Positions 29,697 to 39,636 of a DNA stretch of 64,000 nt are shown here, one piece after another. This DNA is from an uncultured Chloroflexia bacterium (GTDB lineage: Bacteria > Chloroflexota > Limnocylindria > Limnocylindrales > CSP1-4): contig CAVRGP010000008.1 of assembly GCA_963720755.1 (NCBI GenBank), forward strand, positions 32,001 through 96,000. The letters are read 5' to 3'. Positions within the stretch are counted from its first letter, which is position 1, and every line of letters starts with the position of its first letter. A program made the translations under genes and the position numbers. The notes beneath the pieces were generated by a model, which saw only the letters and a program-made list of their open reading frames with translations, ran no database searches and was not told the DNA's origin.

Positions 29697-30178
29697 CGCT
29701 GCATCCGGTCCGGGCGGGGCGCTCGTGGGGCGTCGTGGTCGAGGTGGTCTTCCGCCCGGCGACGGGCCTCGGCCAGGCGCTCGGCCAGGGCCGGGTCGAC
29801 CGGCAGGCCGGCGCGGTCGGGGGCGCGGTCCGGCGACCGATCGCCGTCGACGCCGCCGGACTGACCGACGAACGGCATCCCCTGGCGCTCGACCGCGTCC
29901 AGGCTCATCCGCAGGGCGGCCGTCTTCTGCTCCGCGACCTCACGGACATAGGCCGACTCCTCGTCGGTCGTCATCGGACGACCGCGGACGATGCCCTTGG
30001 GCTTGCCGACCATCAACCATGCCAGGTGGTACCGATCCATGCTCCCCCAGGCAGTCGAGAGCAGGTCGTCCGAGCGCTGGAGCCAGACCCGCAGCGAGCC
30101 GAGCGAAGGGTCCGCACGCAACCGGTCACCTTCCTCGATGAGCTGGCGGGTCCCGGCGATCAGTTCGTCCCGGGTCAC
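29693..30178 (-). CDS. Hypothetical protein
   Basis: 4-nt overlaps with both neighbours; natural composition. Confidence 0.75.
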   Translation of the reverse strand: MTRDELIAGTRQLIEEGDRLRADPSLGSLRVWLQRSDDLLSTAWGSMDRYHLAWLMVGKPKGIVRGRPMTTDEESAYVREVAEQKTAALRMSLDAVERQGMPFVGQSGGVDGDRSPDRAPDRAGLPVDPALAERLAEARRRAEDHLDHDAPRAPRPDRMQR

Positions 30179-31104
30179 GGAGCGATCTCGGTCTGGACGA
30201 TCATGGCGTCTCGATCCGCGCGCGCTCGCATCGTCCAGGGTCCGGGCCGGCCGTCCCCGACCGGTTCCCCGGCGAACCGTGTGACCGGCAGGACACCGGC
30301 GACGCTGGACGACAGGAAGGCTTCATCAGCCGCGACCAGGTCTGCGGGAAGGAGCGATCCCTCGAACGACCGGAGCCCGACCCGGGCGCCCCAGCCGAGG
30401 AGCCACGATCGGGTCGTGCCGGGCAGGATCGCGCAGTCGAGGGACGGTGTCGCGAGTTCCTGGCCACCAGCGGTCCGTCGGACGAGGAAAAGGTTCGCCG
30501 AGGTCCCTTCCGACAGGCGCCCATCGATCGTCAGGAACAGGGCATCGTCGGCACCGGCGCGACGCGCTTCGAGCCGGGCGTAGACATAGTCGGCGCGAGA
30601 GGTCGTCTTGAGCGCGGCGAGCGGGCTGGCCGGATCGCGCCTGACCGACGAGGCGACGAGGTGGAGCCCGCGCTCGAGGTGATCTGCGGGCGGCGGTGTG
30701 ACTGGCCAGGCCTGGATGACGACGGTCGGGGCGACCACCTCCGCGGCCGGCAGCAGACCACGGGTCCGATATGGGCCGCGGGACACGGTCACTCGGACCG
30801 ACGCGTCGCCGGTCGGGCCGTCGAGGCCGGCGGCCGTGAGCAGCTCGGCGATCCCGTCCGCCAGGCGAGGGCCGATGTCGTCGGGAAGATGGATCTCCAG
30901 GCCATCAGCAGATGTGCGAAGCCGAGCGACGTGCTGATCCAGCTCGATCGAGCGTCCAGCGCGAGCCCGCAACGTCTCGAAGATCCCGTCGCCCAACTGG
31001 AAACCGCGGTCGAAGGCGGACAGGTGGGTCCCGTCCGCGGGAACGACCCGGCCGTCGACCCAGACGTGATCGGATCGGGGGCCATTCGCCTGCCGCTCAG
31101 TCAC
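30175..31104 (-). CDS. pabC: Aminotransferase class IV (aminodeoxychorismate lyase-like)
   Basis: DRGFQLGDGIFET, LKTTS, SEGTSANLF, ILPGTTR, ADEAFL; coupled to pabB. Confidence 0.8.
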   Translation of the reverse strand: MTERQANGPRSDHVWVDGRVVPADGTHLSAFDRGFQLGDGIFETLRARAGRSIELDQHVARLRTSADGLEIHLPDDIGPRLADGIAELLTAAGLDGPTGDASVRVTVSRGPYRTRGLLPAAEVVAPTVVIQAWPVTPPPADHLERGLHLVASSVRRDPASPLAALKTTSRADYVYARLEARRAGADDALFLTIDGRLSEGTSANLFLVRRTAGGQELATPSLDCAILPGTTRSWLLGWGARVGLRSFEGSLLPADLVAADEAFLSSSVAGVLPVTRFAGEPVGDGRPGPWTMRARADRDAMIVQTEIAP

Positions 31105-32522
31105 GAGATCTCGACCCCACCGATCGCCTCGAGTGGCCCGCGTGCCTTGGTGACCGTCTCCTCCCATTCGGCGGCCGGGTCGCTCTTCCAGGTGATCCCG
31201 CCACCGACGTGCAGGGTCAGCCGCTCGCCATCGGCGACGAAGGTCCGGATGACGATACTCGTCTGCATCGCACCGTCGGGTCCGATCCAGCCGATGGCTC
31301 CCGTGTACGGCCCGCGTCGGACCGGCTCCATGGCCTCGAGGATCTCCATCGCCCGGATCTTGGGGGCACCGGTGATCGAGCCGCCCGGGAAGGCGGCCGC
31401 CAGCAGGTCGAAGGCGTCCCGGCCCTCGGCCAGGACCCCGGTCACGGTCGAGACCAGGTGCTGCACGGCCGCCGTCCGTTCCAGCCGGCACAGACGCGGG
31501 ACGCGGACGCTCCCCGGTCGACAGACGCGCCCGAGATCGTTGCGCAGGACGTCGACGATCATCACGTTCTCCGCTCGATCCTTGCTCGAGGCGAGCAGTT
31601 CGCGGGCGAGGGCGCGGTCAGCGGCTGCATCGCGACCGCGCGGGCGAGTGCCCTTGATCGGGTCCGCCGTGACCCGGCCCGCGGTGTCGATCGCCAGGAA
31701 TGGCTCGGGCGAGGCCGACAGCAGGGCGCGGGGCCGTCCCGTGAGCTGCCCGGGCCCAAGGTCGAGGTACGCCGAGAAGAGGGACGGGTCACCCGTTCGC
31801 AGGCGACGGTAGATCGGCCATGGGTCGCCGTCGAAGGCCGTCGCCAGGCGACGGGTCAGGTTGGCCTGATAGATGTCACCGCTGGCGATGTGCGCTCGCA
31901 CGGTCTCGACGCCCATCTCGTACGTGTCCCGGTCAAGGCTGGAGGTGAACCGGAGCGGCCCGGTCGGTCCGGGATCGACCTCCGGGTCGGGTCGGGCCGT
32001 GGGTGTCGTCAGCCGGGCGTGTGCATCGTCGAGGCGACGGTCCAGGCGACGTCCGTCCCCGTCGAGTGCCCGACCACCCAGCCAGGCGTGACCAGTTCGC
32101 CGGTCCCACGCCACGACCCAGTCATGGAGCGCGAGCCGAAGCGGCGGGAGATCCTGGTCCTCCGACGCGATCGCCGGGAGCCGTTCCAGGACCGCCCCGA
32201 GATCGTAGCCGAGGAATCCGACGAGACCGCCCAGGAATGGCGGGGCATCGGGCGGCATGGCGGTCGTCCGATCGAGTCGACCGACCAGTCGCCGGGCCAC
32301 CGCGAACGGATCCGATCCGGCGGCCGGCGACCCGAGGACGGCGACGGGATCGGCCGTGAGATACGTCCACCGTGCATTCCGGCCAGGTCGGGCGCTTTCG
32401 AGGAGCACGAGCCCGGGCAGGTCGCGGAACGCCTCGGCGGCATCGATGGCGCGCATGTCGGCGACCCGATCCGGCAGGCGGCGCAGCCGGACGGTCGGAC
32501 TGGATCGTTGGGTCGGGATCAT
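31101..32522 (-). CDS. pabB: Aminodeoxychorismate synthase component I
   Basis: GDIYQANL, SASPEPF, PIKGT, KDRAENVMIVD, FPGGSITGAPK. Confidence 0.88.
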   Translation of the reverse strand: MIPTQRSSPTVRLRRLPDRVADMRAIDAAEAFRDLPGLVLLESARPGRNARWTYLTADPVAVLGSPAAGSDPFAVARRLVGRLDRTTAMPPDAPPFLGGLVGFLGYDLGAVLERLPAIASEDQDLPPLRLALHDWVVAWDRRTGHAWLGGRALDGDGRRLDRRLDDAHARLTTPTARPDPEVDPGPTGPLRFTSSLDRDTYEMGVETVRAHIASGDIYQANLTRRLATAFDGDPWPIYRRLRTGDPSLFSAYLDLGPGQLTGRPRALLSASPEPFLAIDTAGRVTADPIKGTRPRGRDAAADRALARELLASSKDRAENVMIVDVLRNDLGRVCRPGSVRVPRLCRLERTAAVQHLVSTVTGVLAEGRDAFDLLAAAFPGGSITGAPKIRAMEILEAMEPVRRGPYTGAIGWIGPDGAMQTSIVIRTFVADGERLTLHVGGGITWKSDPAAEWEETVTKARGPLEAIGGVEIS

Positions 32523-32608
32523 CGCGGCGATGATACGGCCCGGTCCGCCGACCCATGTGTCGCGGATCGGCCGAGCGATGCCACCCATCGGCCCGCTAGC
32601 ATCGACAG

Positions 32609-33751
32609 ATGCGAACACGTGACCTCGGCATCGCGATCGGCCAGGGGCGACCCGGCCCCGCCAACGCCATCACCGACGTGCCCGGCGTCCGCGTCGGCCA
32701 CACGACCATCATCGAAGGCGACGGACCGCTCGTCGTCGGTCGCGGGCCGATCCGGACCGGGGTGACCGTCATCGTCCCGCGCCAGGCCGATCGATGGCAC
32801 GAGCCGGTCTTCGCCGCCGGTCATCGGCTGAACGGCAATGGCGAGATGACCGGACTCGAATGGATCCGCGAATCCGGGCTGCTGACCACGCCCGTCGCGA
32901 TCACCAACACCCATAGTGTCGGTGTCGTCCGCGATGCCCTGGTGGCCGCCTCGATCCAGATGGCCGGGGCGAACGAGATCGATTGGTCGCTGCCGGTCGT
33001 GGCCGAGACCGCCGACGACATGCTCAACGACATGAACGGGTTCCACGTCAGGCCGGAGCACCTGCACTCCGCCCTGGCGGCAGCGACGGGCGGGCCGGTC
33101 GCCGAAGGCGGCGTCGGCGGTGGGACCGGCATGGTCTGCCACGAGTTCAAGGGTGGCATCGGGACAGCGTCACGGGTCCTGCCCGAGGATCGAGGTGGGC
33201 ACGTGGTCGGCGTCCTCGTCCAGGCCAACTACGGCCGGCGGGGCTGGCTGCGGGTCGACGGCGTCCCGGTCGGGCTGGAGATCACCAACGACGAGGTCCC
33301 GAGTCCGTACGATCAGGCCGATGCGCTCACGGCACGTGGGGCGCCGCCCGGTTCGGGCTCGATCATCGTGATCGTCGCCACCGATGCTCCGCTCCTGCCG
33401 CACCAGTGCGCCCGCGCGGCTCAGCGGGCCGCTCTGGGCATCGCCAGGGCCGGAGGCACGGGTATGAATTCCAGCGGCGACCTCATTCTCGCGTTCGCCA
33501 CGGGCAACCGTCTGCCGGTCCTTCGCGACGGACGGATCGACACGTCGGCCTATGACGTCCGGGCAGTCGGCGACCAGGTCATCGACGGTGTCTTCGATGG
33601 CGTCATCGAGGCGACCGAGGAGGCGATCATCAACGCCCTGGTCGCGGCCGAGACGATGGTCGGGCGAGACGGCCTCACGGCGCACGCGCTCCCGCACGAC
33701 CGCCTCCTCGAGGCCATGGCCAAGTACGGTCGCCCGGCCCGGCCGCTCTAA
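32609..33751 (+). CDS. DmpA/P1 (S58) aminopeptidase
   Basis: NAITDVPGVRVGH, LNGNGEMTG, GGGTGM, FKGGIGTASR, GSII, ATDAPL, ATEEAIINAL. Confidence 0.92.
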   Translation: MRTRDLGIAIGQGRPGPANAITDVPGVRVGHTTIIEGDGPLVVGRGPIRTGVTVIVPRQADRWHEPVFAAGHRLNGNGEMTGLEWIRESGLLTTPVAITNTHSVGVVRDALVAASIQMAGANEIDWSLPVVAETADDMLNDMNGFHVRPEHLHSALAAATGGPVAEGGVGGGTGMVCHEFKGGIGTASRVLPEDRGGHVVGVLVQANYGRRGWLRVDGVPVGLEITNDEVPSPYDQADALTARGAPPGSGSIIVIVATDAPLLPHQCARAAQRAALGIARAGGTGMNSSGDLILAFATGNRLPVLRDGRIDTSAYDVRAVGDQVIDGVFDGVIEATEEAIINALVAAETMVGRDGLTAHALPHDRLLEAMAKYGRPARPL

Positions 33752-33790
33752 ATCGCGACCGGCCGGGGCCGGACATGCCGATGGCAGTGG

Positions 33791-34657
33791 TCAGCCGGCG
33801 GTGACCGGGGTCGGGTTCTCGATCGGGACGCCGATCATGCTGCCGTACTCGGTCCACGAGCCGTCGTAATTTCGGACCCGCTTGTAGCCGAGCAGCTCGT
33901 GGAGGACGAACCATGAGTGGCTCGACCGTTCGCCGATCCGGCAATAGGCGATCACGTCCTTGTCGGGCGTGACGCCCTTGGCCTCGTAGAGCGTGGCCAG
34001 GTCCTCGGCATCCTTGAACGTCCCGTCCTCCCGGACGGTCTGCGCCCACGGGATCGAGGCCGCGCCCGGGATATGGCCGGCCCGCTGGGCGGTCTCGCTC
34101 ATGCCCGGAGGCGCGATGATCTCGCCGTTGTACTCGGCCGGCGACCGGACGTCGACAAGGGCCAGCCCCGGGTCGCCAAGGCGCGGCAGGATGTCGTCCC
34201 GGAACGCTCGCAGGCTGAAGTCGGGTTCCGGAAGCCGATAGCCGGTCGGTTCGTAGTCCGGCACATCCACGCTCAGGGCAAGGCCGTTGTCCAGCCAGAA
34301 CTTACGCCCGCCGTTGAGGATCCGGACATCGCCATGCCCGTACAGCTTCAACTGCCAGTACGCCCAGGCCGCGAACCAGTTGTTGTTGTCGCCATACAGC
34401 ACGATCGTCGTATCAGGCCCGATGCCCGAGGTCGACAGGAGGGCGCTGAAATCCTCGCGGCCCGCGATGTCACGGCGGACACCGTCGGACAGCTGACTCG
34501 TCCAATCCCAGCCGACCGCACCCGGCAGGTGGCTCTGTTCGTAGGCCGTCGTGTCGACGTCGACTTCGACGAAGCGGACGCTCGCGTCGTCGAGGTGGGC
34601 GAGCGCCCAGCGACTGTCGACGAGCGCGTTCTTGTTGGCGTATCCCAGGTCGGTCAT
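33791..34657 (-). CDS. Thiosulfate sulfurtransferase (tandem rhodanese, CysA/SseA-like)
   Basis: YGDNNNWFAA, LVDVRSP, GHIPGA, YCRIGERSS, YDGSWTE. Confidence 0.95.
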   Translation of the reverse strand: MTDLGYANKNALVDSRWALAHLDDASVRFVEVDVDTTAYEQSHLPGAVGWDWTSQLSDGVRRDIAGREDFSALLSTSGIGPDTTIVLYGDNNNWFAAWAYWQLKLYGHGDVRILNGGRKFWLDNGLALSVDVPDYEPTGYRLPEPDFSLRAFRDDILPRLGDPGLALVDVRSPAEYNGEIIAPPGMSETAQRAGHIPGAASIPWAQTVREDGTFKDAEDLATLYEAKGVTPDKDVIAYCRIGERSSHSWFVLHELLGYKRVRNYDGSWTEYGSMIGVPIENPTPVTAG

Positions 34658-34677
34658 TCGAAGTTCCTCCAGGTCGA

Positions 34678-34713
34678 GGGGTCAGGTTCCATCGCGGGGT
34701 CAGGGTCCATCGC
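34678..34713. repeat. 18-nt tandem duplication (intergenic)
   Basis: GGGGTCAGGTTCCATCGC / GGGGTCAGGGTCCATCGC. Confidence 0.7.
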
Positions 34714-34737
34714 GGAACGGTCGCGCGGCTTGCCCAA

Positions 34738-35202
34738 TCAGCCGTCCGAGGTCACTCGGTCGCGACGGCTGAATTCGGCCAGCCGCTCCGTACACGCGGT
34801 GCGCATGCGTTGGGCCTGACTGACGATCCAGGGATCGACCCGGCTCGAGTCCTCGATGGTGAGGGTGGCACCGCGCGCCCCATCCTCGATGACGATGCCC
34901 GAGCTGTTCCGGTAGTCGGCCATCCAGTTGGCCTGCAGCTGGAGGACGACGTCGACGACGACGGACGCTGAGAACAGCCAATCGAGATAGGACGCGTTCA
35001 ACCGATCGACGATATCGGATACCCGGATCGGCCGGCCCCGCTCGAGCCGGGCGAGCAGATCGATCACACGGACCGAGGCGAACGGGTCGCCGGCTTCCGC
35101 GATCGTCGGCGGCGAGATCGTCGGGTCTGGCAGACCCGCCGGGGCCGGACGGAGGGCGCCGAGACCGATAGAGGGCGAAGGACTGGTCACGAGGTCGGTC
35201 AT
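34738..35202 (-). CDS. Hypothetical protein (possible winged-helix)
   Basis: Natural composition; co-oriented with rhodanese; TAGACT -10 upstream. Confidence 0.75.
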   Translation of the reverse strand: MTDLVTSPSPSIGLGALRPAPAGLPDPTISPPTIAEAGDPFASVRVIDLLARLERGRPIRVSDIVDRLNASYLDWLFSASVVVDVVLQLQANWMADYRNSSGIVIEDGARGATLTIEDSSRVDPWIVSQAQRMRTACTERLAEFSRRDRVTSDG

Positions 35203-35235
35203 CTCCGACTGATCTGGTAAGGATTACCGAGTCTA
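35201..35235 (-). promoter_or_regulatory. -10 element plus second Rrf2-like operator
   Basis: TAGACT (35230-35235), then AATCCTTACCAGATCAGTCGGAGAT; right half matches the 1596-1620 box at 10 of 12 positions. Confidence 0.55.
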
Positions 35236-35395
35236 TCGCACACCTCCCGATCCGGTCCCGAACCGTGAGAACGAACCTTCACCTTCCCGATATCGCATCC
35301 CCACGTCGTTGCGTCATGCTTGGCGGTACCGGGCGAAGCGCTCGGCGATGGCTCGCACTGTGCGTTCCGTCGAACGTCCCACCCTCGCGAGCAGC

Positions 35396-36775
35396 ATGAC
35401 GCCGATGGACTCCGAACTGATCCCGACCGAACCGACCACCGAAACCGAGCCACCGGATGCGGCACTCGTCGCGCCCGGCCCCTCCCTGGTCTCGGCGTCA
35501 CCGGCGGCCGGCCGTGGACGCGGTTCGTGGATACGTCGGGCGGTCATCGGCCTCGCGCTGGTGGTCACGTTCAGCGTCGGGATCGGGGTCGGAAACCTTG
35601 CGCTACCCGCGGTGGGTATCGTCGGGTGGACGACCCCGGCTCCTTCCGATGGCGGGCCGTTCGGGCTCATCAACCAGGCGTGGGACATCCTCCATACCAA
35701 GTACGTCGGGGCCTCCCAACTCGACGACACGAAACTCGTGTACGGGGCCATCGACGGCATGACCCAGGCCGTCGGCGACACCGGCCACACGTCATTCCTC
35801 ACGCCAGAAGAACGGGCCGCCCGGGCGAGTGACCTGTCGGGCTCCTACGTCGGGATCGGGGTCCGGATCGACACCGCCACCGATGGCCTGCCCCTGGTGG
35901 TCGGCGTGTTCAAGGACGGCCCGGCGGAAGGAGCCGGCCTCACGATCGGCGACGAGATCGTCGCCGTCGATGGCCGGTCGACCGCCGGCCACACCATCGA
36001 CGACGTGGTGACCTGGGTCCGCGGCGAGGCCGGGACGACCGTCGTCCTGACCGTCCAGCACGAGCCCGACGACACCCAGCGCCAGGTCTCGATCGTCCGG
36101 GCAGACGTCGCCGTGGACCCCGTGTCATGGGCGATGGTCCCGGGTACCCACACCGCGTTGATCCGGCTCGACCAGTTTTCCACCGGGGCGGCCGACGATC
36201 TCAAGGGCGTCATCACCGACGCCCGTGCTGCCGGCGCCGACCGGATCGTCCTCGATCTGCGTGGCAATCCGGGCGGCTACGTGAACGAGGCCGACGCGGT
36301 GGCCAGCCAGTTCCTGTCCAGCGGGGTCGTGTTCATCGAGCGCGATGCGGCCGGCAAGGAGACGCCCCACCCGGTCGCTCCGGGCGGTCTGGCCACGGAC
36401 CTGCCGCTCGTCGTCCTCGTCGACGGCGGGACCGCCAGCTCATCGGAGATCGTGTCCGGCGCGCTCCAGGACGCCGGTCGCGCCACGATCGTCGGTGTCC
36501 AGACCTACGGCACGGGAACGGTCCTGGGGGAGTTCAGCCTCAGCGACGGATCCGCCCTGCGGGTGGGGACCGTGGAATGGCTGACCCCGAGCGGTCGCGA
36601 GATCTGGCATCAGGGCATCACACCGGATGTCACGGTCGCCCGAGCGAGCGACGTGGCACCGCTGGACCCGAGCGACGTCGGCAAGATGACTGCGGCGCAG
36701 GTGAAGGCCCTGACCGACCCCCAGCTCGCCCGAGCCCTGACGGTCGTCGCCGCGGTGGCCACGAGCGCCAGCTGA
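35396..36775 (+). CDS. S41-family C-terminal processing protease (CtpA-like) with PDZ domain
   Basis: GIGV, LDLRGNPGG, TASSSEI, VG..TYG; start uncertain. Confidence 0.9.
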   Translation: MTPMDSELIPTEPTTETEPPDAALVAPGPSLVSASPAAGRGRGSWIRRAVIGLALVVTFSVGIGVGNLALPAVGIVGWTTPAPSDGGPFGLINQAWDILHTKYVGASQLDDTKLVYGAIDGMTQAVGDTGHTSFLTPEERAARASDLSGSYVGIGVRIDTATDGLPLVVGVFKDGPAEGAGLTIGDEIVAVDGRSTAGHTIDDVVTWVRGEAGTTVVLTVQHEPDDTQRQVSIVRADVAVDPVSWAMVPGTHTALIRLDQFSTGAADDLKGVITDARAAGADRIVLDLRGNPGGYVNEADAVASQFLSSGVVFIERDAAGKETPHPVAPGGLATDLPLVVLVDGGTASSSEIVSGALQDAGRATIVGVQTYGTGTVLGEFSLSDGSALRVGTVEWLTPSGREIWHQGITPDVTVARASDVAPLDPSDVGKMTAAQVKALTDPQLARALTVVAAVATSAS

Positions 36776-36808
36776 ACCGCGCCCGACCGAGGGCGACGAG
36801 CGAAAGGC

Positions 36809-37801
36809 CTAGTCCGCCAGCGACCACCAGCGCCAGGTCATCTCAGCGATGAGCGGGCGGCCGGGCTGGACGACCGTCGGATGGACATTGAGCGCGTCCG
36901 GCGGCGCGGTCTGAGGCTCCACGCAGAGGGCATCCTCCGGGAACGTGAAGACGACCCAGGCTGGACAGTCCGATTCGATGGTGAGTCCGAGGATCCCCGG
37001 CCAGCGCAGGGTCGGCGACTGCCGGAGATCGGTGAAGCAATCGTCCCACGGACCGGCCGGAGGCGGGACCAGCTCGGCGGTCGCGATACCGGCCGCATCG
37101 CGCCGGTACATGGCGCCGGCGTCGAATCCCAGTTCCAGGTCCGACCCGGCCGGCGCCCCCTCGAGTCGTCGGACGAACCACGGATGCCAGCCGATCGATG
37201 CCGGCATCGGTTCGTCGGCATGGAGTTCCATCCGGCAGCGGAGATGGTCCGGCGCGAGCTCGAATCGCTGGGTGACGCGCCCCCGGAACGGCCACCCGGG
37301 CCCGAGGTCCGTGGCGATCGAGTCCGGCCCGACGAGCTGCCATGGGCGGTCGTAGGTGGTCCCGTGCATGGCATGCGGGGGGTCGACCACGGGCAGGGCA
37401 TATCGCTCGCCCTCGAACGTGAAGGATGCATCGCGGATGCGTCCGGCGTACGGCGCCATCGGGAACGACCCCCAACCGTAGAGGCCAGCGTCGGTCGTCC
37501 GGAGCAGCTCATGACCGCCGACGTTGAGCGAGGCCAGCCGGCCACCCGCGACCAGGTCGACCGTCGCCGAGCAACCATCGGCCGACAGGGACAGTCGATC
37601 GGGCGACCGACCCGGGGCCGATGGAGAGCCGGGCAGGTCGACCGACAAGCGGCCACCGCCGGCCGCTGCGACGCCCGGGATCGGATCGCCCTTGGCGACC
37701 AGCTCATTGGCGGGCGGGGTCGTCCGGAAGATCTGCCCGTCGATCCCCGCCAGGATCCCGCCGATGGACTGACCGACCGACCCTCGCTTCTTCTTCGTCA
37801 C
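36809..37801 (-). CDS. Aldose 1-epimerase family protein with N-terminal extension
   Basis: GGRLASL, MAPYAGRI, HAMHG, GWHPWF, CVEPQT. Confidence 0.85.
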   Translation of the reverse strand: MTKKKRGSVGQSIGGILAGIDGQIFRTTPPANELVAKGDPIPGVAAAGGGRLSVDLPGSPSAPGRSPDRLSLSADGCSATVDLVAGGRLASLNVGGHELLRTTDAGLYGWGSFPMAPYAGRIRDASFTFEGERYALPVVDPPHAMHGTTYDRPWQLVGPDSIATDLGPGWPFRGRVTQRFELAPDHLRCRMELHADEPMPASIGWHPWFVRRLEGAPAGSDLELGFDAGAMYRRDAAGIATAELVPPPAGPWDDCFTDLRQSPTLRWPGILGLTIESDCPAWVVFTFPEDALCVEPQTAPPDALNVHPTVVQPGRPLIAEMTWRWWSLAD

Positions 37802-37844
37802 CGGCTGAGTTTAACGACCGGCCGAGGCCGGCCCCAGGGTGGAC

Positions 37845-39425
37845 CTAGAGGAGCTCGCCGTGCGCCGAGCCGGTTGGCTCGCCGTCTCGCGGTCGCGGCT
37901 CTTCGCCAGGGCCGTACTCCTCGGGTTCGGGCCGCGACCCATCGGTCGGGGCACCTGCCTCGAGGACGGGCAGCGATGCCGACGCCGTCCCCTCGATCGC
38001 GCCCACGCCGTACGGCACCCACTTGGACGGGTCCTGGAGGCGATGAGCCTCCTCGTTGCCGCGTGTGTGGATCTCGGCAAAACCCTTGGGCTCGATCCAC
38101 ATGCGCTCGCCCTCGAGCAGACCGAGGACGCCCGACTGACCCGGTTCCGGCCGGCCCTGCTGGCAATAGGCACACGCCCGCTGATCGTGTTTCTGGTACG
38201 TGTCGGGCTCTTCGTAGGTCGTGATGTAGCCCTCGTAGTTGCGGAGCACGACCTTGTGGTCCGAGTAGCTGATCAGGTAGTTGGGCATGATCGGGATCTT
38301 GCCGCCACCGCCGGGCGCATCGATGACGTATGTCGGGACGGCGTAGCCCGACGTGTGGCCGCGCAAGCCCTCCATGATCTCGAGCCCCTTGCCGACCGGC
38401 GTTCGGAAATGGCCAGAACCTTCGACCAGATCGCACTGGTAGAGGTAGTACGGCCGGATCCGGTTGGCCACGAGCTTGTGGACGAGCGCTCGCTGGATAT
38501 GGACGCAATCGTTGACGCCGGCGAGCAGCACGCTCTGGTTGCCGATCGGGAGGCCCGCCCGGGCCAGCTTGTCGACCCCTCGACTCACTTCAGGCGTGAT
38601 CTCGTTCGGGTGGTTGAAGTGGAGATTGATCCAGAGCGGGTGATACTTCTCGAGCATCTCGCACAGCTCGTCGTCGATCCGCTGGGGCAGGAAGACGGGG
38701 ACCCGCGACCCGATCCGGATGATCTCGATGTGCGGGATCTCACGCAACCCACGAAGGATCGACTCGAACAGCTTCGGCGCCAGGGTCAACCCGTCGCCGC
38801 CGGAGATCAGGACGTCCCGGACCTGCGGCGTGCGGCGCAGGTACTCGAGCTGGGCCTCGTGGTCGCGCCGATTGAAGTTCTGGGTCGCGTCGCCGACGAT
38901 CCGGCTGCGCGTGCAATACCGGCAGTAGCTTGCGCACTGGGTCGTCACGAGCATCAGGACGCGATCCGGATAACGGTGGACGAGACCAGGGACCGGCGAG
39001 TGCCGGTCCTCGGCGAGCGAGTCCTCCATCATCCCGGTGAAGGCGCTCTGCTCGCCGGCGGTCGGGATGACCTGGCGACGGATCGGGTCGTTGGGATCCT
39101 TCGGGTCGATCAGGCTGATGAAATACGGGGTGATGTCGACCCGGAACTTGTCCGGCGTCGACAGGCCCTCGCGTTCCTCGTCGGTCAGCTCCAGGATCTG
39201 TTCGATCTCGGCCAGGTCGTTGACCCGGTTGCTCAGCTGCCAGCGCCAGTCATTCCACTTCTCATCCGGGACGTCCTCCCAGATCGGCGCTCGGCGACTG
39301 ACGGCCGGAGCGCCCGTGGGGCCGAGCGCCTTCGCTGGATCGGCAAGGTTCACGAAGGGCGCCTCCGATGCGCTGCGAGCGGCATCCTGGTGCGCCACCG
39401 CGGTCTTGATCTCCTGGGCATCCAC
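37845..39425 (-). CDS. kamA: Lysine 2,3-aminomutase (radical SAM/PLP)
   Basis: WNDWRWQL, HRYPDRVL, CASYCRYCTR, ISGGD, LRGHTSG, DAPGGGGK. Confidence 0.9.
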   Translation of the reverse strand: MDAQEIKTAVAHQDAARSASEAPFVNLADPAKALGPTGAPAVSRRAPIWEDVPDEKWNDWRWQLSNRVNDLAEIEQILELTDEEREGLSTPDKFRVDITPYFISLIDPKDPNDPIRRQVIPTAGEQSAFTGMMEDSLAEDRHSPVPGLVHRYPDRVLMLVTTQCASYCRYCTRSRIVGDATQNFNRRDHEAQLEYLRRTPQVRDVLISGGDGLTLAPKLFESILRGLREIPHIEIIRIGSRVPVFLPQRIDDELCEMLEKYHPLWINLHFNHPNEITPEVSRGVDKLARAGLPIGNQSVLLAGVNDCVHIQRALVHKLVANRIRPYYLYQCDLVEGSGHFRTPVGKGLEIMEGLRGHTSGYAVPTYVIDAPGGGGKIPIMPNYLISYSDHKVVLRNYEGYITTYEEPDTYQKHDQRACAYCQQGRPEPGQSGVLGLLEGERMWIEPKGFAEIHTRGNEEAHRLQDPSKWVPYGVGAIEGTASASLPVLEAGAPTDGSRPEPEEYGPGEEPRPRDGEPTGSAHGELL

Positions 39426-39636
39426 GCGGTCCGGCCTCCGGGTTCATCGTCACGTCCTGGTTCTGGCCCGGTCCATGACGCATAAAGTCTATGCAGTATG
39501 CAAGTCCCGGGATGATAGCGCGATGGTCGGGGCCGGTCCAGCGGAGGATCCCGGGCCGGCCGCCGGGGCTGCGCGTTCCGGGAACGGAACCCGACGTATC
39601 GATGACGATCGGCAACCGTGCGCGGAGCCGGTTTGG

